Positions 54,231 to 64,000 of a DNA stretch of 64,000 bases are shown one piece after another (the stretch's first letter is position 1; every line of letters starts with the position of its first letter). The notes beneath the pieces are model-generated. The model saw only the letters and a list, made by a program, of their open reading frames with translations. It ran no database searches and was not told the origin of the DNA. Source of the stretch: an uncultured Verrucomicrobiae bacterium (GTDB taxonomy: Bacteria; Verrucomicrobiota; Verrucomicrobiia; Limisphaerales; UBA11358); NCBI GenBank assembly GCA_963830235.1, contig CAWHLR010000028.1, positions 3,454 to 67,453 on the forward strand. The letters are read 5' to 3'. The translations under genes were made by a program, and so were the position numbers.

Positions 54231-55781
54231 TTAAAATCCCAATTGGATGCGGGTAAACAACACATTTTCCGGGTGGCTGCTGACGCTTCCCGGCGGCGCA
54301 CTGGCCGCACTGCCGGTGGCACTGCCCCCGCCGCCAAATGAAGTATGGGAGAAACTGGTGTTGAACCGGATGTTCTTGTTCAAATACCAGTTCAATCCCA
54401 CCGCCCATGACCGGGCCTCGGAAGCCGAGGCTGCCGGATTCGCGAAAAATGGAAAGGCTGCGTTGTCAACGTCCAGTTCCGCGTAACGTCCCACCACTTG
54501 CAACGCGCCCCACTGCCCAATGCGCGGATCAAACGGATGCTTCGGCGTCACACCGTTGAACGTGGCATCCTCGCCCGTCAACACCCAGCCGCCCGAAATT
54601 TCCCAGGCGGTGTTTCGCAAATCCGCCGAATGCGCTCCATTGCGGACGCCCTGGTCGGAAATCGCATATTCCCCCATCAAGCTCAGCGGGCCATAGTAAT
54701 AATAGGCCTGCGGCGACAGCCGCCAGTGGGTGTGGGCGGCCACGACGCCGTTGGTGTAGGCGAAGAACTGCTGCTGCCCGTCCGTAAAAAATCCTGCGGA
54801 TGTTGACGAACCGCCGGTCGAAGCAGGCAAATCGAGGGTGTTGGTGATGGACGAATCCCCCCAACTGCCGCCGACGCCAAAGCCCAGGTTTTGCAGGGGC
54901 TTGAGGCTGGTTTGCTTGAACGGCTGGATGAACAATCGCCCGTCAAATTCCCGATCGTCCTGAAAGCCGATGTTGCTCGAGTTGCGGGCGTCGCCCACGC
55001 CGTTGAAGATGCCCGCCGCATAACTCAACACGCCGCCGGCAATGTCACCATGCAGTTCAAAACCCAGATCCCGGTTCGGCACCAGATCTGTGACCAGCGA
55101 ACGCTCATTGAAGGAGAGGTTGACGTCCGTCTGCAATTGCTCCAGCCCGACCGGCGCCTTGAATTTGCCCGCCTGGACCTGGAACTCCGGCAAGTAGCGA
55201 TAATTCACATAGGCATCGTAGATGCTCGGCGTGGTCGCCGAACTGGCGGCTCCGGGCGTGCCGCCGCCAAATTCCGGCACGAAAAGGAAGTCAAAGTCGC
55301 GGAACACGGTTCCGGAAAGGATGGGCCGCGCCCGGCGCAGCAGAATACTGTCGTTGCCCGGCACATTGTCGTTTTGCTGAAAGGTGCGGCTGTCCACTTG
55401 GATCACACCGTGCAGGGCCACCACGAAATTTGAATCGGCGGAACCGAAACTGAATCCGCTGGCCCCAACCGTGAGGCGCGGTTGCGTCTTGGCGGCAGCA
55501 ACAGCGGACTCCTGATCCAGTTCCCGCTGGCGACCAAGAATCCGCACCTTCTGGTCCAGGTCCTGGATTTGGTCCGCAGCCACAGCCGCGTTGGTTTGCT
55601 GATCCAGGTCGCGCTGATGGGCAAGCGCCCGGACTTGCTGGCTGAGTTCCTGAACTTCTTTTTTCAAGGCTTCAATCTCCGCGGCTTCCACGGAGCTGGC
55701 AGCCGCACTGTCTGCGGCAAAAGCAGGGAGTACAAACTGTATCCCCACGAGGACTGCGAATATCAACGGATTTGGTTTCAT
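54231..55781 (-). CDS. Anion-selective porin of the OprO/OprP (Porin_O_P) type with N-terminal coiled coil
   Basis: Signal peptide. Coiled coil EIEALKKEVQELSQQVRALAHQRDLDQQ... A long beta-barrel region ending ...NVLFTRIQLGF. Confidence 0.7.
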   Translation of the reverse strand: MKPNPLIFAVLVGIQFVLPAFAADSAAASSVEAAEIEALKKEVQELSQQVRALAHQRDLDQQTNAAVAADQIQDLDQKVRILGRQRELDQESAVAAAKTQPRLTVGASGFSFGSADSNFVVALHGVIQVDSRTFQQNDNVPGNDSILLRRARPILSGTVFRDFDFLFVPEFGGGTPGAASSATTPSIYDAYVNYRYLPEFQVQAGKFKAPVGLEQLQTDVNLSFNERSLVTDLVPNRDLGFELHGDIAGGVLSYAAGIFNGVGDARNSSNIGFQDDREFDGRLFIQPFKQTSLKPLQNLGFGVGGSWGDSSITNTLDLPASTGGSSTSAGFFTDGQQQFFAYTNGVVAAHTHWRLSPQAYYYYGPLSLMGEYAISDQGVRNGAHSADLRNTAWEISGGWVLTGEDATFNGVTPKHPFDPRIGQWGALQVVGRYAELDVDNAAFPFFANPAASASEARSWAVGLNWYLNKNIRFNTSFSHTSFGGGGSATGSAASAPPGSVSSHPENVLFTRIQLGF

Positions 55782-55832
55782 ATTTTCATTGGTTATTTTG
55801 TTTCGCCTCCAGCCGTCCGGTCGGCATTGGTT

Positions 55833-56036
55833 TTATTTCAGATCGTCCTGAATTGTTTGGGCGCCGGCTTTCTCCAGCCGCACGCGCTCGGTTTTCTCAA
55901 TCTGCGTGACCCGTGAATCATGCACGACAATTTGCACCACGCCGTAACGCAGCGACCCAACCTGCCGGCGGACCACTTCCAGCCAGTTCAATGGCCGTTC
56001 GGCGCCGCTCTCCGATTTAATTTGAATCGAGCTCAT
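55833..56036 (-). CDS. YezD/DUF2292 family small protein
   Basis: ...VGSLRYGVVQIVVHDSRVTQIEKTERVRL is the DUF2292 signature (YG.V...V.DG.V.QIE..E..RL). This family is commonly linked to sulfur-regulon genes. Confidence 0.7.
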   Translation of the reverse strand: MSSIQIKSESGAERPLNWLEVVRRQVGSLRYGVVQIVVHDSRVTQIEKTERVRLEKAGAQTIQDDLK

Positions 56037-56187
56037 ATCAATAAAACTTCCGGTCCATTTGATGCTTTAAATAGCGATATGTTAAGTCGTCTTTAAGGCG
56101 AAATAAAAACCTCTTCCCGGCACGCCTCAACCTTCCGCAAAAGGCAGCAACTTGAACCGACACTTTCAATTCCATTCTTCATTTGAT

Positions 56188-56235
56188 TAACGATTTATTA
56201 TATCGTTATTATCCACAGCTGGCTGGAATTGTCAA
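56188..56235 (-). promoter_or_regulatory. Sigma-70-type promoter (TTGACA-N16-GATAAT) overlapped by the 7-7-7 palindrome TAACGAT-N7-ATCGTTA; candidate Rrf2 operator
   Basis: The minus strand reads cagTTGACAattccagccagctgtgGATAATAACGATataataaATCGTTAatc. It lies between the Rrf2 gene stop (56255) and the YezD start (56036). Confidence 0.55.
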
Positions 56236-56254
56236 CTGGTTTTTTGATTTTTTT

Positions 56255-56716
56255 CTAAATGCCTTCGCCGCCAATGAAACCGGCTGAAATCTCCCGTTTT
56301 GACACCGGCTCGCTCTTGGCAACTTCGGCCAGTGTGGCATGCTCCATCAACCCGGCAACGTAATTGCGCGCGTCGAGAAACACGCGCCTGAACCGGCAGA
56401 CCGGCTCCTGCGAACATCGCTTGTAGCCCGTGACCGAAACACAATCAATTGGTGCTATAATGCCATCAAAAAGCCTCACCACCTCGCCCATCGTAATCTT
56501 GCCGGGATCTTTGGCAAGCACATATCCGCCGCGCACACCGGCAACGCTGTCCACCCAGCCCTGGGCCTTGAGTTTGAGCATGATTTGCTCCAAAAAACGT
56601 TTGGGAACATCATTCCTCCGGGCCAACTCGCGAATCGGTATGGGCGCGCCGCCGAAATGATCCACCAGCGTGAACAAGGCACGCAACGCATAATCAGTTT
56701 CCTTCGACACTCGCAT
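56255..56716 (-). CDS. Rrf2-family transcriptional regulator (CymR/IscR-like)
   Basis: MRVSKETDYALRALFTLVDHFGGAPIPIRELARRNDVPKRFLEQIMLKLKAQGWVDSVAGVRGGYVLAK. Confidence 0.9.
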   Translation of the reverse strand: MRVSKETDYALRALFTLVDHFGGAPIPIRELARRNDVPKRFLEQIMLKLKAQGWVDSVAGVRGGYVLAKDPGKITMGEVVRLFDGIIAPIDCVSVTGYKRCSQEPVCRFRRVFLDARNYVAGLMEHATLAEVAKSEPVSKREISAGFIGGEGI

Positions 56717-56786
56717 GGTTAGATACGATACCGCTGGTCGGCATTAAGTCAATTGCAGTTTTACAGTCCTTCCAGCTTGCGTTTAA

Positions 56787-57878
56787 TCAACTGCTGATAA
56801 TGCGACGGCCTTCATCGAGGAAAATGCCCTTGAAGTTCATCTCCAGCGCCTGGGGATTGGTGGCTTTGGACAGGGCCTCTTTCTCGGTCACGCGCCCCGC
56901 CTTGACCAAATTGAACAACGACTGGTTGAACGTGAGCATCCCGTCGTCCACGCTGGTTTCGATGGCGGCGGGCAATTTGTCGAGGCGGTTTTCTTCGAGG
57001 AGTTTTCTGACCATCGGCGTGTTGATGAGGATCTCCAGGGCCGGCGTGGATTTGTTGTCCAGGGTGCCGACCATGCGCTGGCAGACCACGGCGCGCAGGG
57101 TGGTGGCGAGCTGCCGGCGGATTTGCTCGCGCTCATCAGCCTTGAAGAATTCCAGGATGCGGGTGATGGATTGCGACGCATTGGTCGTATGCAACGTGGA
57201 CAAGACCAGATGGCCCGTGTCCGCCGCGCTCATGGCCGCGGCAAAACTGATGTCATCCCGCATTTCGCCGATCATGATGACGTCCGGGTCCTGGCGCAGA
57301 ACGTTCCGGAGCGCATGATGGAACGAAGATGTGTCGAGGCCAACCTCCCGCTGTTCGATCACCGACTGGTTGTCTTCAAAAACGTATTCAATCGGGTCTT
57401 CCAGCGTGACGATGTGTTTTTTGAAATTGCCATTGATGTGTTCCACCATGGCCGCGAGCGTGGTGGACTTGCCGCAGCCGGTCGCGCCGGCCACCAGCAC
57501 AATCCCGCGGGGAGATTCGGTGATTTTTTTTATCTGCTCCAGCAAGCCGAGCTCTTCAAAGCCGGGCACCTGGGTCTTGACGTAGCGCATCGCCAGGCAC
57601 CATTGCCCGCGCTGTTGAAACAAGTTGGTGCGAAAGCGGCCAATGCCGGGAACGAAATACGAAAAATCAATTTCGCGTTCCTCCTCCAGCCGCTTTTTCA
57701 TATGCGCCGGTGTGATGGTTTCAACAATTTTTACCATCCATTCCGGCGTTGGGAAGGGCGAATCCACCGCGATCAATTCGCGATTGATGCGAAAAATGAC
57801 CGGCGTGCCGATTTTCAAATGCACGTCCGACGCGCCGCCCTCGATGGCCGTCTTGAGAATGCGCTGGAAGAGTTCCAT
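56787..57878 (-). CDS. pilT: Type IV pilus retraction ATPase PilT family
   Basis: ASDVHLKIGTPVIFRINREL..., Walker A GATGCGKSTT, Asp/His boxes ...IMIGEMRD...GHLVLSTLHT. Confidence 0.88.
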   Translation of the reverse strand: MELFQRILKTAIEGGASDVHLKIGTPVIFRINRELIAVDSPFPTPEWMVKIVETITPAHMKKRLEEEREIDFSYFVPGIGRFRTNLFQQRGQWCLAMRYVKTQVPGFEELGLLEQIKKITESPRGIVLVAGATGCGKSTTLAAMVEHINGNFKKHIVTLEDPIEYVFEDNQSVIEQREVGLDTSSFHHALRNVLRQDPDVIMIGEMRDDISFAAAMSAADTGHLVLSTLHTTNASQSITRILEFFKADEREQIRRQLATTLRAVVCQRMVGTLDNKSTPALEILINTPMVRKLLEENRLDKLPAAIETSVDDGMLTFNQSLFNLVKAGRVTEKEALSKATNPQALEMNFKGIFLDEGRRIISS

Positions 57879-57988
57879 GCCCGAAGCCTAGCAAACCCGC
57901 CGGCCAGCGCCAACCGGTAAAAACACTCTCTGATTTCATCAGACGCATTCGCGCACGGCTCCTGTTATTCTCCATTCCCATGAACTTC

Positions 57989-58058
57989 GCAGCAGCGGAC
58001 GTGAGTCCGCTCCAACTTATCGAAACCAATGTCAGAGCCGACTCACGCCGGCTGCTAC
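57989..58058. repeat. Imperfect 19-bp-arm palindromic REP-like element in the pilT/mtnP divergent region
   Basis: gcagcagcggacgtgagtc ... gactcacgccggctgctac (16/19 complementary). Confidence 0.6.
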
Positions 58059-58137
58059 TGTTCAGTTCCCGGGAGCGACGGCGCCCGCCAATGAAAAACA
58101 CCGCGACTTTTTGCCGGGCCAATGCCATAATTCACCC

Positions 58138-58998
58138 ATGTCCAAACATCGCATCGGCATCATCGGTGGCACCGGCCTTTACAACATCGAAGGCTTCACC
58201 CGGCAAAAATGGGTGAAGGTCAAAACCCCGTTTGGCACGCCCTCGGACGACTTGCTCACCGGCAAGCTCGCCGGACGCGACGTGGTTTTTCTGCCACGCC
58301 ACGGTCGCGGCCACCGGATTTTGCCCAGCGAACTCAACCATCGCGCCAACATCTGGGCGATGAAAAAACTCGGCGTCGCCTGGATCATCAGTGTCAGCGC
58401 CGTCGGCTCGTTGCAGGAAAAATGCTGGCCGTGCGACATTGTGCTCGTGGACCAGTTCGTGGACCGCACAAAACAATCGTCCGCGCACACTTTTTTCGGG
58501 CGCGGCATCGTGGCGCACGTCGCCTTTGCGCATCCCATTTGCGAGGAACTGCGGCAACTCCTGTTGCGGACCGCGAAGGACTGCGAAGCGCAAGTCCACG
58601 ACGGCGGCACTTATGTTTGCATGGAAGGCCCGGCGTTCAGCACCCGCGCCGAATCGCTCACCAACCACCGGGCCGGTTACAACGTCATCGGCATGACCAA
58701 CCTCGGCGAGGCCAAATGCGCCCGCGAAGCCGAGATCGCCTACGCCACGCTGGCCATGTCCACTGACTACGATAGCTGGAAGGAAGACGAGCACGTCTCA
58801 CTGGAAATGATCATCGGCAATCTTCATCGCAACGCGGACCTGGCCAAAAAAATCGTCGTCCGCGCCATTTCGCAAATCCCGGCCCAGCCGGACTGGCCGT
58901 GCCATTCCGCGCTACAAACCGCGATCATGACCGACAAAAAACTCTGGCCGAAGAAAACCGTGAACGAGTTGAAGCCAATTTTGGCGAAGTATCTGTGA
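58138..58998 (+). CDS. mtnP: S-methyl-5'-thioadenosine phosphorylase
   Basis: ATG at 58138: MSKHRIGIIGGTGLYNIEGF...VFLPRHGRGHRILPSELNHRANIWAMKKLGV...NVIGMTNLGEAKCAREAEIAYATLAMSTDYD. Confidence 0.9.
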   Translation: MSKHRIGIIGGTGLYNIEGFTRQKWVKVKTPFGTPSDDLLTGKLAGRDVVFLPRHGRGHRILPSELNHRANIWAMKKLGVAWIISVSAVGSLQEKCWPCDIVLVDQFVDRTKQSSAHTFFGRGIVAHVAFAHPICEELRQLLLRTAKDCEAQVHDGGTYVCMEGPAFSTRAESLTNHRAGYNVIGMTNLGEAKCAREAEIAYATLAMSTDYDSWKEDEHVSLEMIIGNLHRNADLAKKIVVRAISQIPAQPDWPCHSALQTAIMTDKKLWPKKTVNELKPILAKYL

Positions 58999-59057
58999 AA
59001 CGAAGTTCAACCACGGATGAACACAGATTCACACGGATAAAACGGCGAAATCCAGCG

Positions 59058-59165
59058 CCGTAGGCGCGACATATTTGTAGTTTGCGTTCCGCAATAAACC
59101 ACAAGCTCCATAGGAGCGACATAATCTGGCGGACAGACTGAATATGCCGCTCCTGACGGAGCTTA
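59058..59165. repeat. Three copies (two inverted, one direct) of the ~20-nt motif ATATG(T/C)CGC(G/T)CCT..GG.GCT
   Basis: agcgccgtaggcgcgacatat (59058-), agctccataggagcgacataat (59105-), aatatgccgctcctgacggagctt (59142-). Confidence 0.6.
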
Positions 59166-59452
59166 AAAATGTTTTGGTTTGTGTTTCTCCAAAGCCCCCA
59201 CCCCCCGCTTGGGGCTAATCATGGAAGAAACTTCCTTGGCGTAGCGATGCCTGACACGATGATTGGCGCTGGTTTCGGCGAGCTATGGCCGGTTCATCAA
59301 TGGTGCTTGCATGCCCGTTACAAAGCTTGGCCCCAAGTTTCTCGGCTGATTCATTAGTGAAGTTCCGCAGGCTTTGGCGAGCCTGCGGAACTATCCTGTT
59401 TAAGAGATTGCAGTTTTTCATGCCACTCTTGGGCCGGGACCAGCCACATACC

Positions 59453-60846
59453 ATGAAAAGCAAAACATCAAACCACAAAAGGAAAAGCAAAAAAATATTC
59501 ATCAACCCGGCTTGGGAGCCGGTCAATGTTCATGCCGCTGGCGTGGATATTGGCTCGCGCGAACATTGGGTCTGCGTCCCCGCCGAGCGTGCCGAATGTC
59601 CGGTACGGAAGTTTGGGACCTTCACCGCTGACTTGGAAGCGATGGCGCAATGGTTTCAGGAGTGCGGCATCACCAGCGTCGCGATGGAAGCCACCGGCGT
59701 TTATTGGATTCCGTTGTTCCAAATTCTGGAGCGGTGGGGATTCCAAGTGGTGCTGGTCAATGCGCGCCAAACCAAGAATGTCGCCGGGCGCAAAACCGAC
59801 GTGCAGGATTGCCAGTGGATTCAGCGGCTGCACACCTATGGCTTGCTCCAGGGTTCCTTCCGGCGGAGGATGCCTATTGTGTTTTACGCACATATCTGCG
59901 CTATCGCGATGAGTTGGTCGGCGCGCGCGGCACGCAATGTCAACACATGCAGAAGGCCATGCAGCAGATGAACCTTCAACTGACACAGGTGCTCAGTGAT
60001 GTGACGGGTCTCAGTGGCCTGGCGATTATCGGAGCCATTTTGGAGGGTGAACGCGATCCGGTCAGGCTGGCATCCTTGGTGGATCGCCGTGTCCATGCTA
60101 CCGCCGCAGTCATCCAACAGGCGCTCCGGGGCGATTATCGGGAGGAACATCTGTTTGTCTTGGGGCAAGCGTACGCGCTTTATCGCGCTTATGAGGCAAA
60201 GATCAATGAGTGTGACGAGCAAATCACCCGCGAAACGGCCAGGCTGCCCGACAAGGTGGATGCCAAACTTAAGCCGCTACCACCTGGCAAGCCGGGAAGA
60301 AGACCTTCTGCAGACCAACTGAACGGTCAAGATATGCGCCTGCTTCTCTACGAGAAGTTCGGCGTTGATCTAACAGCGATTGAGGGCATCGGCATCCAGA
60401 CGGGGTTGGTCTTACTCACTGAAGTGGGGCCGGATCTGAGCCGTTTTAGAAGCGAAAAACACTTCTGCTCCTGGCTGGGGCTATGCCCGGACAACCGCAT
60501 TAGCGGCGGCAAGGTGCTCAGCAGCAAAACGCGGCGCGTGATTAACCGGGTCGCCGATGCGTTACGCATCGCCGCCAGCTCATTGGAGCGCAGCCAAAGC
60601 GCTCTGGGCGGCTTCTATCGGCGCATGAAAGCCAGACTGGGAGCAGCGGAAGGCGTTACGGCAACCGCCCACAAGCTGGCCCGGATTATCTTCCAATTGA
60701 TCAAACATGGGGCAGCCTATGTACGCCAAGGATTGGAGGACTATGAAAAAAAGTTCCAAGCCAGAAAATTGAATGCCCTCCAAAAAGCCGCGAAAGCAAT
60801 GGGATTTGAACTCATTCCCCAACCAATCTCACTTGTAGTTTCTTAA
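59453..60846 (+). mobile_element. IS110-family (DEDD) transposase gene, interrupted by a 1-nt frameshift near 59856-59863
   Basis: N-terminal frame HAAGVDIGSREHWVCVP...VAMEATGVYWIPLFQILERWGFQVVLVNARQTKNVAGRKTDVQDCQWIQRLHTYGLLQGSF. It continues in the -1 frame as PAEDAYCVLRTYLRYRDELV...FCSWLGLCPDNRISGGKVLSSKTRRVINRVADALR. A hairpin gttccgcaggc-N8-gcctgcggaac lies upstream at ~59365-59394. Confidence 0.85.
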
Positions 60847-61099
60847 GAGTTGTCGCGCAGTTGGCCCTTGGTTTTTCATATCGCAAAGTCGCCAAATAAG
60901 AATCCCATTCTGATTCATCAAACAAAAAATTTGCATCAATATTAACACTCACATATGCGCCGGGTATTTGTAGCAAGTAATTGACTCTCTTCCATGTGGC
61001 CGGAGGTTCACCTGAAGAAACATATTTGTGGCCGGTTACTTTGCCCAGGTTAACACCGATGGATTGTTGGCGAATTTCCCTTGCAACGGGAGGAACCAT
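60812..61099 (-). CDS. Hypothetical ORF (95 aa) overlapping the previous ORF by 64 nt in another frame; possibly the frameshifted continuation of it
   Basis: Same low-GC composition. Its last ~11 codons run into the 3' end of the IS110 transposase coding region. Confidence 0.3.
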   Translation of the reverse strand: MVPPVAREIRQQSIGVNLGKVTGHKYVSSGEPPATWKRVNYLLQIPGAYVSVNIDANFLFDESEWDSYLATLRYEKPRANCATTLKKLQVRLVGE

Positions 61100-61626
61100 T
61101 TCTGCGAGGGCAAGTTCTCCACGAAGAATAAACGCTCGTATTCACTGGCATTGGGATGAGCGAACGCCACAAGGATGCGTTTGGTCTGGAAATCGTCGTC
61201 CATACGACATTTATTTGCCCATAAACTCTGCCGCTTCCATTTCACGTTCAGTGAATGTTCGTCAAGCTTTGATTTTGCTTTCGGCGGCAAATCGATCAGC
61301 AGCCTCTCTTCAATTGGCTTTGGCTTTTCCGGCGGTTTAAGCAACTGCTGTGGGTCTTCAACTGCAATCAAAAGATAGCCCTGAACAAAATGGAGTCTGT
61401 CATTGCGGCGACGAGGCGCAGAAAGATATTTCTCTAATTCTTCAAGGTCACCGTTGAGCTTTTCTTTGGCTTCCTCTGTTGTCTTTCCTTTAATTTGCTT
61501 GTGTATAAGTTCTTCCAGCAAGGTTGGATCAGCGTCGGGGGCTTCTTCTTTTGGAAGTTTTGCAAGAAATTCACGAAACGGCTGCAAATATTGCAGACGC
61601 TCTGGCAAAGATTCTGGTTTTGCCAT
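61036..61626 (-). CDS. Hypothetical protein (196 aa, low-GC, Lys/Glu-rich N-terminus)
   Basis: ORF with ATG start 6 nt downstream of the argG stop. No domain recognised. Confidence 0.45.
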   Translation of the reverse strand: MAKPESLPERLQYLQPFREFLAKLPKEEAPDADPTLLEELIHKQIKGKTTEEAKEKLNGDLEELEKYLSAPRRRNDRLHFVQGYLLIAVEDPQQLLKPPEKPKPIEERLLIDLPPKAKSKLDEHSLNVKWKRQSLWANKCRMDDDFQTKRILVAFAHPNASEYERLFFVENLPSQKWFLPLQGKFANNPSVLTWAK

Positions 61627-61632
61627 AAACTT

Positions 61633-62862
<1,230 letters not shown>

Positions 62863-63032
62863 GTCCGCTGATTAAACCGCCAAGCCGCCAGGAACGCAAA
62901 GGGGAAATGTAGTTTGAAAATGCGAAAGCCGTGGAGCGTCGGCCTCCGGCACGGCAAGTTTCGATTCGTTACTATCACGCCGGGTTGGAGACCGGCGCTC
63001 CCATCCGGCGCCCGTTGTCCCGGTTTGACGGG

Positions 63033-63914
63033 CTACCGGCGCGCTGAGGTTCGCTGCTGCATCCACTCCCAGTCCTGCTGGTCTCCGGGATCAGTAATAT
63101 CAACCCCATTGCTCCCTTTCTCCGTGCGGCTCATCCAACGGTGGGTTTCCGAATGCCCGTCCGCAAACGCGAAGCCGCAACCGCCGTTGTGATAGGTTCC
63201 GGGAGCGTCATACCATACCGGCTTTTCCATGCCAAAGGCAAAAGCCGCGTCGTTGAGGCCATTGACATCTTCGTCCACCAGCACCCAGAGCATGGAAGGT
63301 CCCGGAACGCCGATGCTGGACATTTTGCCGTAAGTGGACCACGGCGAATTCCGGCGGTGAGTGTATTGGTTGTTCAGCCAGGGGCCGTTGACCGACAGGT
63401 TGGGGATGCCGCTGTGCGGGCCTCCGTAGCCGGTTATATCATACTGGGGATCAATCGTGCCCACCGCCTGGCTCATCGAAAAAGTCCTGGCCGCCGGCAC
63501 CTGCTGGCCGGCCAATGCCGGGTCGGTTCCCTGATACGGGCCCATGCGTTTGTCCGCCGGACATTTGAACACGGCAACGTTTCCGTTGAGATAAGGCATC
63601 AACAACGAACGATTTGGATCTTTGAGCACATCCGGGTTGAACTCTTCCGGTTGGCCTATTCCCGCATGGCCGGAACACCAGTTGTAACCGGGCAGGGTGT
63701 TGCCGTCGTCGGGATTGGGCGGAAAAAGGTCGTTGCTCTCGCTCGTGTAAAGGGTCATCGCGGTCATCATCTGTTTGCCATTGTTCAAACACTGAGTTCC
63801 CTGTGCTGTTTGTTTGGCCCGGGAAAGCACGGGCAACAGCATCGCCGCCAGAATGCCGATGATGGCGATGACGACCAGCAGCTCGATGAGCGTGAATGCG
63901 CGTTTCAGCTTCAT
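63033..63914 (-). CDS. DUF1559-type protein with prepilin N-terminal cleavage/methylation motif and C-terminal H-X9-DG-like motif
   Basis: ATG at 63914: MKLKRAFTLIELLVVIAIIGILAAMLLPVLSRAK; C-terminal GGCGFAFADGHSETHRW. Confidence 0.85.
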   Translation of the reverse strand: MKLKRAFTLIELLVVIAIIGILAAMLLPVLSRAKQTAQGTQCLNNGKQMMTAMTLYTSESNDLFPPNPDDGNTLPGYNWCSGHAGIGQPEEFNPDVLKDPNRSLLMPYLNGNVAVFKCPADKRMGPYQGTDPALAGQQVPAARTFSMSQAVGTIDPQYDITGYGGPHSGIPNLSVNGPWLNNQYTHRRNSPWSTYGKMSSIGVPGPSMLWVLVDEDVNGLNDAAFAFGMEKPVWYDAPGTYHNGGCGFAFADGHSETHRWMSRTEKGSNGVDITDPGDQQDWEWMQQRTSARR

Positions 63915-64000
63915 TTCCGGACGGACCAAGGCGTCACGGCGAAATGGTCTCCATTCCCAAAATCAATTGTTCCCCGGGGCCGTCTGTGCAAGGTGTTTTA

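Overview
High-GC (roughly 55-60% by eye) chromosomal segment. It most likely comes from a Verrucomicrobiota/Planctomycetota-type bacterium. That is an inference from a DUF1559 prepilin-like protein, giant secreted glycoside hydrolases with FN3 arrays, several GC-rich palindromic REP families and a RAYT transposase. Layout: (1) 0-12.7 kb is an accessory region. It holds a decayed IS1-like transposase, a secreted LRR/beta-helix/TSP3 surface protein, and a ~2,024-aa Sec-signal Rhs/YD-repeat protein. The low-GC 3' cassette of the Rhs gene encodes a TM helix plus an 8-Cys mini-domain, followed by an overlapping TM+HEAT immunity candidate. A REP-flanked RAYT (IS200-like Y1) transposase comes next. 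(2) 12.8-14.7 kb holds an orphan PII gene with a sigma-54 promoter and a Sel1-repeat protein. (3) 14.7-37.6 kb is a minus-strand glycan-degradation cluster. It contains GH2, GH5, GH28, GH43, GH29, a beta-helix lyase-like protein, a ricin lectin, two DUF362 fusion proteins, a paralogous beta-propeller lipoprotein and an ECF sigma/anti-sigma pair. (4) 37.6-43.2 kb holds a PLD/cardiolipin-synthase-like gene, a low-GC two-gene island, an orphan hicB module bracketed by a 48-bp duplication of the scpB 3' end, scpB-scpA and tRNA-His. (5) 43.4-56.7 kb is a co-directional sulfur-assimilation supercluster: cysTWA, metW/X/Y, cysK, sbp, an anion porin, YezD and an Rrf2 regulator with a promoter-overlapping palindrome. 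It includes a 227-bp tandem duplication of the metW 3' end. (6) 56.8-64 kb holds pilT, mtnP, a frameshifted IS110 element, a low-GC hypothetical gene, argG and a DUF1559 protein. All family assignments come from motif recognition by eye; no database search was run.
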